A stretch of 64,000 bases of DNA from Klebsormidium nitens. Its lineage: Eukaryota > Plantae > Klebsormidiophyceae. Position 1 is the stretch's first letter; each line of letters opens with the position of its first letter. Positions 21,256-31,421 of the stretch are shown piece after piece. Below the pieces are notes generated by a model. That model saw only the letters and a program-made list of their open reading frames with translations, made no database searches and was not told the DNA's origin. The translations under genes were made by a program, and so were the position numbers. The stretch lies in assembly GCA_000708835.1 (NCBI GenBank), contig DF237192.1, positions 1-64,000 on the forward strand, read 5' to 3'.

Positions 21256-24228
21256 CGGTGCGGGTCCGCTTAACGTGGGGAACATTTGGCGAAAGCTTCA
21301 ATCGGTCAAGTTCAGCCGGAAGTGCTTCATGGCGGCGCTCAGCTCCGTCGCCAAGAACCTGGGGACATATATGCCCATAGGTGAGGTGGCAAGGGACTGG
21401 AGACATCTGCAATTCGTGGGATGTTCGGAGGCTGGAAGAGGCCCTCCCATCAATTCTGGAACTAAATTCTGCATGTTTTTCTTGCGGACTCCATAGAGGA
21501 AGCAGCGCTCTCAGCTGTTCAACATTGCGCAATGTACTGCCCGCTGTGTATGAAAATCAGCATTCCGGATTGAAGCTTAAAGGGCACAATATAACCTGTA
21601 CAATCTAGAATACAAATCTGCTGAGAAGCTCAGTCAGCATTGCTTATCAGGGTCGGAGCTTGATCCGTCGGTGGGCGGCAAGGCGCTCTGGTGATCATAG
21701 TAATGCTGGTGAACGTGGGCTGAATAGTGGGCTCCAAATGAAAGAGCTTGCTGCATGATGCATCAAGCCTAGATCTGGTCTGAAAGCTGGAGGCATTTGC
21801 AGGTCAGGATACTCAGCAATTGACAATAAGAGCAGGAACTCAGGATCTGCAAGGAGCTGAAAGTCCATCGCGTTTGTATTTGGTTACTTGGGGCTGACGC
21901 ACCTCTACTAATGTTTCATCTACCCCGATCTATCCAATGGCTCACAAGAAAAGTCTCTGCTAAGCTCCACAAAATAGAAGCTTGATTGTTCAGATTGGGT
22001 GGTCAAACAAAGGCATCACAAGACCTTATATGCGTAAGATGGGTGGGTTGAACCAAGTCTTACCTTTCACTTATGCTATGATGCTTATTGGAAGCTTAGC
22101 ACTTATTGGTTTTCCCTTCTTGACGGGTTTTTATTCAAAAGATGTTATCCTTGAATTAGCTTATACCAAGTATACAATAAGCGGACATTTTGCATTTTGG
22201 CTCGGAAGTCCCCCTGCTCCGCTCCACTCCCTGGACGGGAGTGGCTCTTCGCTCCCGATAGGGAGTGGAGCGAAGAAGAAAAGAGATTTTTTTTCAGCGA
22301 AGAAATGGGGGTACTCCAGACTTGCTTGCTCTTGAGTGCGCCAGCGCTTGATCTTGAGCTAGTCCAAGAGTGCTGACTCTGCTGCCTTATCCTTGACAGG
22401 CACGACCACTGTCTACAGCGTGCTGGTTCCACTGGTTTTCTCAAATGAGACAGGAGCCATCGACTCCGTATGCAACTTTGACAAGGTTCCCGTTGCTGCA
22501 AGCACCAGAGGGCTGCTCAGCCTGATTATTGCGTGAGGCCCCAGAGACTGTACTATCTGTTTGTTGGGACTGATTTCTATGAATCTCTTGGAACATGATG
22601 AGCGGATAATAGCTGTAGCTCGTCGCTCTGGGACATCTCTTGCGGGCCATAACTTTCCGATCTTGTTTTTCAGACGGCAAGGACCTCTTGTTCTATCACT
22701 GCATATTGCTTTGATTCAATGTCAACAACACAAACGTCTGACTTTTGTCAAACAGAAAAGCAGACATCAGAAAACTTGCCATGAGCGTACGCTGGTATGC
22801 GTGTTGTTAAACCCAGGAGCTGTTACTGGTGGCCTAAGTCAGCTTACTGCTACTCAAACAGCACCCTAGAATCCGCTTCTTCTGCCAGATCATAGTAGTG
22901 CTCACTCTGATGCTTGTTCTCAATGCGTGGTGTCTACCTACCCCATTGCCTAAGCCCAGTGATACTGACAACTTGCCCATATAGATGTTCCGAACTCGAA
23001 CTAGTATCTTGTTAATTGCTGGAAGCTGTACAATTGGTGAGCTCTAAAACGTGGATGACATCAGAAGTACGGGCTAAGGTCTGCGCAAGTTGGGCTAGCG
23101 TCAGTCAAGAATCCCGTCTGGCTCCAATATAAAACCTGCAGTGCACTTGAACACCGTCTGATGAGTCGCTTCATAGAGAGTGATAGTTCGAAGAAGCCCC
23201 ATGAGTACAGATGATCCTAGTACAAGAGCCTTGCTTTTTCTTTGGGCGAGCCCACAGGTAATCTGGGCCCTGCTAAGCTTAATCCACGACAGACTCGAAA
23301 GAGCATAAAGCACGTGAGTGGATTGTTTTTATGCAGGGTCCTGGGAGTGATTTGCATGTTAGCTCCGTTCGTGGTCTTCAACTACGGTGCTGACCCCGCA
23401 TACTCCTTCCTCCTCTGGCAAAGGACAACAACGCAGTTAAGTGCGGAGGCTGCCCGCAATGAAGCCAACATTGCCCTAGAACAGGCTTTAAAAGACTGGG
23501 ACAAGTACACAGAGGCTGTAGGCGCCTTCAATTCGGAAGTGAATGCCCTGGAGGCGGGGTCGACGTTACAGGAGCCCTTCAGCACCAAGAGGGAAGCGGT
23601 CCATGACTTGAAAATAATAGCGGAAGCAAGTCGGAAGGCCGCAGACCGCGCGCAGGAGCGGGCTAACACCGCACGCACCGGCCAAGTCTCGCGGAGTGCG
23701 GTCCACTACGCCCGCTCGGCTCTGAGCATCACGGCGTTTCTGACGTTTGCGCTCCTGTCGCCGTCGAGTACCAGCTGCCTCTTCAAGGGGAAGATCCCCG
23801 ACAGCGTCGTGCGCGTGCTGCCCATTGTAGTTGGCGTCGTCCTGGCGGTCGTCGCGGGGTTCCTGCCGGCGCCCAAACCGGGCGAGGCGTGGCCGTTCGA
23901 CGCCCCGTCCCAGGGGACTACGGCCCTGCCGCTGGTGATCGCGGCCGAGCTCAAGAAGCAGAAGGAAGACGCGCTGAAGCAGATCCAAGAAGCCGCGGAC
24001 GCCGCGACGCAGTCGAGGACTGCTCCTCCTCAGACGGCGGAGCCTGCTGCCACAGCTCCCGCGACTGAGCCGGAGCGGCCTAATCCATCGCGCTCGCAGT
24101 CGGAGCTGCCTGATCCATCGCGCCATCCGTCGGAGCTGCCTGCTCCCCCGCGCCCTCAGTCGAACACTGCCACTCGCGCGACTGAGGAGAGTGGTACTCA
24201 CGTGATGAATAACCATTTGAGTGCTTAA
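21256..24228 (+). CDS. DMP: DMP / DUF679 membrane protein with coiled-coil insertion and Pro/Ser-rich tail; 5' exon(s) not resolved
   Basis: Phase-consistent exons 21256-21380, 22400-22532, 23337-24228. The translation gives DUF679-like blocks [71 protein letters not shown] and [21 protein letters not shown]. Family assigned by motif recognition only. Confidence 0.72.
22030..22209 (+). pseudogene. nad5: NUMT: 180-bp mitochondrial nad5 fragment inside a DMP intron
   Basis: AT-rich, uninterrupted [60 protein letters not shown], the conserved core of plant/algal mitochondrial Nad5. Similarity is lost abruptly on both sides. Confidence 0.93.
24071..24151 (+). repeat. ~30-bp coding tandem repeat (about 3 copies) in the DMP C-terminal tail
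   Basis: CGGAGCGGCCTAATCCATCGCGCTCGCAGT / CGGAGCTGCCTGATCCATCGCGCCATCCGT / CGGAGCTGCCTGCTCCCCCGC, encoding (P/S)E(R/L)P(N/D/A)P(S/P)R units. Confidence 0.7.
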
Positions 24229-26287
24229 GACGAAACCGAGGAGGCTGATCATCAAGGTAATGCTGCGGGCTCGTGGGGGCAGAGTGCGAATCATTAAACT
24301 CAGTGTAGGCAAGCAAGAGGCAGCTTGTCAGGGACTAGCCATGTGAACAGAGTCCCGACCCTCCTGTTGATTGAAGGAACTAATCCTGGTTTACTAATTG
24401 TATTTATGCAGGAAAGATACTAATTCTGGTTTAAGCATTGTTTAGTCATTCTTGATTACTAGTACTGATGATCTGCCCGGGATCTGCTTAACTAGGTAAT
24501 TGGCAACGACAATAAACAGCCAGGCAACTGGATTTATTTGCGATCGTAGATACTGACTCCGAGTCATTCTATTGGAAAGTAGATGGTAGCTACTAGATCG
24601 ACCGCTACTACAGATTCTCATCCAAATTGGAGACATAGATTGCTTGTCCGAATGGTCGAGAATTAGGCTGTGAAAAGTTCTCTAGACGTCAGTCCGTACT
24701 ATTGACGGCTTTGACAACTGACCGATTCCCTTTCTCCCTTCAAAGCCAACATGTAGCGCATGTGATAACTCGAAAGTATTACAAACGGTTTGTCGAATAG
24801 CTCATTAGACACTCGACATTTCTTGACTGCTTTCAACGATCTGTTGACATGTGACCGATCGTTTACGTTGACATGCATCGGTGACCGATATCGGTATAAT
24901 TTGGATGTACATCAATATAATAGCACATCGACATCAGTCAATTTTGATTCTCAAAACTTTTCAAAAGCCTTTGGTCCTTGCTCCAATCTCAATGAAGTTT
25001 GCCGCCGCACCATCGACTCAACGCCTGTGCGACGAGGGCGGCGGGCCCATCGCAGATTAAACAACGGCGAAAAGTTTTTGAATAGGGGTCGGCCACTCTG
25101 ACACTAAGGGCGCGAGAATGCCTCCGGACGTCATCGACTCAGGACGTCTTGATTCATTCCAGGTTCACGGATTTGAATTCTATCCCACTGCATTGCTACC
25201 TAGGTCAATCATGGAAATACAGTCGAACAGTCCAACAAGCCATATGCCATGGTCTCGCGCTAGTGATATGCACTTGCGATGAGCACGTGATATGGACTAT
25301 GCCCTCTGCATGTAGCCGGGCGCCCAATTCAACACCACTGCATACCGGCAACCATCACAACGTACCACCTGCGGCGCACTATACAAGGCTAGCTCCAGTT
25401 AGTACCACCGCCAAGGGAGAAAAGGACCGCCAACCTCCTGGCTGGTTTCCTCATGACCACCGCCGGCCGAGCGGGCGGCCATGCTGGCGAAGATTCTGGC
25501 GACCCTAATCCAAAAACAGCCGTGGCAGGGAGTTCTGTTGGACGTGCGCGGCTCTCCCAATGATCGTATGTGATTTCCGGATCAAAGCGTCTTCTCGAAC
25601 TGTCAGTAAAATTGGATGCGCAAAAGTTGGAAAATCTAGCACTGTGCGAACCGTTGAACCGGCCGGTGCATGTTCAGCTAGTGGCAATGCGATCAATGCA
25701 CGCAGGCCGTTCAGCCCAATATGGTATATGCTAATAGTCACGGCGGTTCAGCCTTACTAAGGTACTGATCAGACGGATTATAATAGATTTAAATTATAAT
25801 CCGTCTACAGGCTAGCTGGCCACATGCACATTGACGTCATGCAATCATTGTATGGTCCACGTATGGTCAGGGGTGGGTTAGTTTTTACTGCCCCTTTTCT
25901 AATTGATCGTGCAATAATGCATGGAGATATCCCGTGAATACGACGTACGTAAGCCATTCATTCAGACAGCTATAGTGGATCAGAAAGATCCGATCATTAT
26001 ATATAGTATGCCCGCCATATGCATGCAACAGCTAGCTAGTTGTTGCATAATGGTAGCTAGGTGCAGCTTCAAGGATGCAAATTATGTATAGTGAATAAGC
26101 TATATTCGACAATCATTGAGTCGGACGGTCACACACCGTTATATAATGCTGGGACGGTACGTACGTCCGCTATAGCCTGAAATTGCTGCAGCGCATCCGA
26201 TCATGGCATGGGATCCGAGTCGACTCAAAGGCCGCGCCGCCTGGACTCTCATGATCGATCCGATCAATGATTGCTGGCACGACGGGA

Positions 26288-26543
26288 CTCTGGTATAACT
26301 ATAAAGAGTGACCGTCTTAACAGCCGAGCTATAGTGACCGAGGACATGCGCCCATGGGCGCGGTTAATTGCATGCTTAGCATGGTAGTTAGGTGGGGCTC
26401 GGGCCGGTTCGGGTGCGTCGGAGCGGGTGATCATATGGGCTATATATTATAAGATTTTTATATTTTGTTTGCTCGCCGGGGATTCGTGATTCCTAAGTCA
26501 CTCACCCGTTAAGTCACGTACTCCAAAGCTACCGGTCACTATA
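26288..26543. mobile_element. Highly degenerate MITE-like element
   Basis: 11-bp inverted repeat TATAGTGACCG (26330-26340) / CGGTCACTATA (26533-26543). Left end CTCTGGTATAACT resembles the 18350 element. Contains a G-rich GTTAGGTGGGG...GTCGGAGCGGGT core. Confidence 0.35.
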
Positions 26544-27157
26544 TTGCACGTCACGGCGTGCATGATGCCGATCGAATATCGTTTAGTAGTTGAACAACTG
26601 ACGCTTTTTGAGGTCAACGATTGCGCCTAACCGAACTGCCATATGAAGTATAGTCCAAGTGTTCTCACGGTTCAAAATAAGCCACATCAAATCATTGAAA
26701 GAGCTTAATTACTTTGGCAACAGGCTTCAAAAGCGGACCTGAGATGAATTGATCGAAGTGTGAAGTGTATTATATTCAGTCCGGAAGACAATTGAAGCCT
26801 GAGTTCGGATCCTTATCCTCTTAGTATCATATATAAGTACGTAATGGATTGGCAACGGTTTGCCAAACATCATATACTCCAATCAAATGATTGTTCCGTC
26901 AAAATGGCCGTGCATTCCGAAGTCCACTGTGGACCGGACCAAAATTTGCACGTGGACCTTGCATTCGGATTCTTATACCTTTCCGCTTACAGTGCAATAG
27001 TATTCTCGAACACTGTCGTCCTCCTCAGGCCTGGCAGATGTAACCCTAGCAACAATATACAAACTTAATTTTGTTTCTGCCAATGCTAACAAACGTGTGA
27101 CCATTTCAAGAGGAACACCTTATGCAAATAGTTCAGCGAATGCTTGATCATCACCGC

Positions 27158-30100
27158 CTAAAGGAGTTGGAAAGCGAAGCCACCTTGTTTCTTAGCGGTC
27201 ACGAGCGCAGAATAGCACAACCGCCTTAGCAAACGATGGAGAAGCGAGCTCGAACCTTGGTATAGGATGTAAGGGGCACAGACGAACCCAGCCGGCAAGC
27301 CCTTTTCGTACATCCGCTCCAAACACTGCCAAACTTCCTCCACAGCGGCCTCTAACGTGTATGCGAGGACCCCATCCGGACGTATGCCGAGGAGCTCAGT
27401 CAGCAATTGTCCAAGACCGTTCTTCTTCCGCTTCGAATCCTCGAAACCTGCGCCCAAGAATGAGAGAGGATTGAAACGCATAAAAGAAACTTGTAAGCCT
27501 GCACTCTTATGAGGATGATGGAACGTCTACTGCTCCGGTTGTGTTCTGGAAAGGTCTATCCAGCTTCCCGTTTAAGACGAGGATACAGAAAGAGAGCGGT
27601 TGCTCTGTTCGAATGAAAGGCGAAGAGAGCACCTTTCAGCTGTTTGTCAGCAGGGATCCTGCGATACTCCATTCAACCAATACCAGCCGAGAGAAGGAAG
27701 GGGCATCATCACGCTTCTTACAAAGAAGCGACACAACCACGCACATCAATAACGGACCGCCAGTTCTCCGGAGGGGCTGTCTGCCTTGCGACCGAACCCT
27801 TGCATCAATGCTAAAAGGTCACCGCATGGGAAAAGCTGTTCGTTTTCAAAAAGCGGGCCGGGGACGCATTCGCACGGGCGACTCGTTCACAAAATCCCGA
27901 GTATGTCGGTCGCCCTGCAGACCACGTGATATCGAATCTCACGCACCTTCAAGTCCTCGCAGGTCACTGGAGCATGTGAAGACCTACGCTATCTTCACAA
28001 CCACCGGCATTCAAGCTCACCTAGCGGCACGATGCACGACATCGGCTCCAGCATTACGAGCGTCTTCCCGTCCGGCCCCCCCCGCCGCGGCGACGCCACC
28101 CGCCGCTTCTTGGACTTCCGCTCCTCTTCATCGTAATCGGAGCTCGACGCGTCGCTCAGCAGCCGCTCGCAGTACTCGGGGAGCGCTTCCCCCCGGGCGG
28201 CGCGTGCCGAGGCCTCGTTTCGGGCCCAGTGGAGCGCGGCGCGGGGGCCCTCAGTGGCGATCCGCTCGAGGAGGCGCTCCTTCTCCTCCAAGAGCAGCGC
28301 CAGCAGGGCCTCCTGCTGGAGGCGGGTGGATTCGTTCTCGTGGAGGGAGTCCTGTGAGGGGGAGTGGAATTGCATGTTAAATTGATCCCCCCGAACGTGA
28401 ATCGAGGTGATACATTTGAGCGATGGCGTCTGCTGGAGGTGGGTGCATTCGTTCTCGTGGAGGGAGTCCTGCGAGAGGGGGGGGAATTTGCCAGTCAGAT
28501 CGATCCCCTCCTGAACTAGATTCATGGTGAAGATCTCCCTGCTGGAGGCGGGTGGATTCGGTTTCGTGGAGGGAGTCCTGCGAGGGGGCTGGTTTTGCCG
28601 GTCAGATCGATCCTCCCAAAAATGAATGGTGGTAATAACTTGAGCGATGGTCTTTTCTGGAGGCGGGTGAGTCCATCCTCGTAGAGGGAATCCTGCAATC
28701 GGGGGGGTCGGGTTTGCCAGTCAGACTGATAGTCAGACTGATACCCCCGAAAGTGATTCTAGGTGAGGCACGTAGGCGATAGTCCCTGTTGGAGCGGTTG
28801 GATTCGCTCTTGTGAAGGGAGTCCTGCCATAGGCGAGTGACTTTGCTAGTGAGACTGATCCTCCGAAAGTGATCTGCGGAAATCTGATGACCCCGAGAGT
28901 GATCTGCAGAAGTTTGATCCTCCGGAAAGTGACTTGTGCAACTCCGGTCTCCCAAGAGTGATCTGCCGTGGGACTGATCACGGGAAAGCAATGGCCTGCT
29001 TTCCAATATGCCTGCTCTCAGACGAAATTCTGCAAGGCAGGAGAAAGTCCTGCACAGATTGAAACGAACGGGTTGGCTGCTCGAGGGAACGATAAGTGGA
29101 TGGTCCAGTCATCGCGCTCGCAACCTGATAAGCTTGCAGCAGGCGGTGTGCTTCGACTTCAGGAAGGAGTCCTACTAGAAAGGAAAATTAGAGAACTTTC
29201 AAAATCGTAATGTTTGTGGTCGAGGAAATGCCTCAGCCTGACAGATTTCGACAGTGAACCAAGAAAGCTCTGCTCGGCATATTGAAAGACCTTCCCCGTC
29301 GGAACCGGGTTCGGCTCAGCAGACGAGAAGCAGTAAAGGTCGTTGTTGTTGAGGAAGGAAGTTGGAACGTTTCGGGAGCTTCTCAGGAGTGCCAAAAAAA
29401 TGACAACGCTGGCTCGAAAGAGCATCAAGCAGCAGACAACGAATCAAAATAACAAAACCGACTCCCCCTCTAGATTTGTTTGGAATTTGGTTGACCAGAA
29501 CCGGTCTTTCATCTCTCAACCAAACAAAGAAAGCGTATTGAAAAGCAACCTGAGCGGCTAAGGCGCTTTCTGCACGTCCCCCAGTAATGAAATTTACCAC
29601 AAACTCAACGAAGTCTATAGAAAGCGGAAAGGCTTCGTATGTCATCACCTGCATGTCCTGCGGTTCAGAGGAGGCAAGACCAAGATGCAAATCGCTGGAA
29701 AAGAACGATGAAAGAAGCCTTTTGAGCCGCAACTACATTTCCTACGTTTGCAGGTTGCCCAAAACTGAAGGCAGAATACAAGGAAGAATGCAAACGAAAG
29801 AAGCATTTTCGCCGCACCTGCATTGATGCACTTCCAGGGATATTCAAAGACCAAAGGCAAACCAGAAATGGAGAATTTCAGCCGCACTTGCATTCCCTGC
29901 AATTGCGAGATGGTCAAGACCGAAGGCTAAAAGAAGCACAAGAGAACTTTATAAAACCCTGAGCCCCTAGGACCCTAAACCCCCAAAACCTGAGGATTTA
30001 GCCACACCTGCATCTCCTGCGCCTGCGCCGCCATGTTCTCCACCTCGGCCACAAGTGCCGCCACCTCGGGCTGCATCTGCTCCTGGATGCGCCAGATGGC

Positions 30101-31421
30101 GGCGTCCCGTTCGCTCTGCAGTGCCAGCATGGCCTCGCACACGCGGCGCTCGCGCTCTACCGAGCTGCGGTGCTGGATGGCGATGATGTCACGCTGGCTG
30201 ATGATGGTGTCAGCGAGCGGGGCCAGGAGCTCCTGGCGCAGGCGCCGCACGCGCGAGCGGACCTCCTCCGGCTGGCCATCCCCTTCCAGCACGTCAATTT
30301 CCTGGAAAAGATGCAGAAAGGCTTGTTTTAGGAAAAGGAAGAGAGAAGGTGCTTGAGCTGCCAAGATGCAAAGTTTTGTGCAAAAGGCATTCACGACAGG
30401 AAAAGTCATTACGGCAATCGGGCATAAGGAGCGAATCATCTCGTTGCAGCCCCCTGCTCTCAAAGAAGTGTGCTTGTTGGAGTAGCAGGAGTGAGCCTTC
30501 TGGAGTCGACTCAATCTTAAGATTGCTCCCAATGCGCTAGGGCATTCTGAAAGACCAACAGAAAGAATTTTGCCTTGGGATTGCTCAATGGATGCTAGTC
30601 CCTAAGTCCAGGCAAGACGAGCCTTTCGGCAGGGGCCGCCTCCAGCGAGTTTACCCTTTCATGAGACCTTTGACAGAACACACGCTTCTATTAAGCAAGA
30701 CATCTGTCCTGTCAAATATCAGCGCTTGCTGGCCATTGTCGATGTTATCAAGTAAGCTTGCACGATATCAGGGGTTTGTGGAAGATTTTTCAGGGGCTTA
30801 TGCAAGGCACCTTTCCTTGCTTGAAAGGAGTCTGCCACTTGCCCCAAATCTAGCACCTTCCAAGTTCGGAAGCCTCTGGACAGGAACCTAGGGAGGGCCA
30901 AACGAACGACAGCCGAAAAAGAGCCAGGAAAAGATTGCATCCAAGGCAATTAGTATCACAAAGTCCTCCGCGATGCCAGGAAAAAAACATTGACGAACAC
31001 TCTGTACTTGAAGACCCAGGCCCATGTCTGATGACTGGAAGGGTCTCTCAGACTTGTTCGCCCTTCAATGAAAAGGGCAAGTTTACTAAATATTCAACCT
31101 GGGGCAACAACAGTCAATCCTCCAAGCATGTCTTAATCCTTGGCTCCTGTGCTCACCGCAAGCAGCGTGCGCATCGACTCCTCGTCCCACTGGTTCAGAA
31201 GCCCCGCCAACACAAACTCGAGACGCTGCATGTTGGGGACCGGCACTCTGTGCAGCTGGCCCAAGTTCTCTAACCTAAAACCACCTTCAGGGAGGTTTAC
31301 AAGACGGTCAACTCGAAGAGGCCCGGCGTCATCCTCAAGGCCAAGGGGAAGGTGGGATGGACTGGCAGCATCGAAATGGTCCTCTTGACTAAGTATGTCA
31401 TCCATGATGTGTGCAAGTCGG
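27158..31421 (-). CDS. Uncharacterised coiled-coil protein with basic NLS-like patch; 5' end uncertain
   Basis: GC-rich, phase-consistent exons 31421-31157, 30301-30008, 28312-28021, 27447-27158 with canonical AG/GT. About 380 aa, helical/coiled-coil middle (RSRVRRLRQELL...EEKERLLERI), RKSKKRR motif. No family recognised. Confidence 0.65.
28313..28970. repeat. Degenerate intronic tandem repeat (5 copies of a ~43-bp core, period ~110-130 bp) followed by short GTGATCTGC units
   Basis: Core CTGCTGGAGGYGGGTGSATTCGTTCTCGTGGAGGGAGTCCTG starts at about 28313, 28430, 28539, 28654 and 28786, with decreasing identity. Confidence 0.85.

Noticed and set aside
25771-25815. Helitron 3' end (hairpin then CTAG)
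   Set aside because: The hairpin is AT-rich, CTAG is not followed by T, and no 5' TC end was identified.
28313-28830. CRISPR-like look (~43-bp repeats with variable spacers)
   Set aside because: Repeats are degenerate, spacers are related to each other, the locus is a eukaryotic intron, and there are no cas genes.
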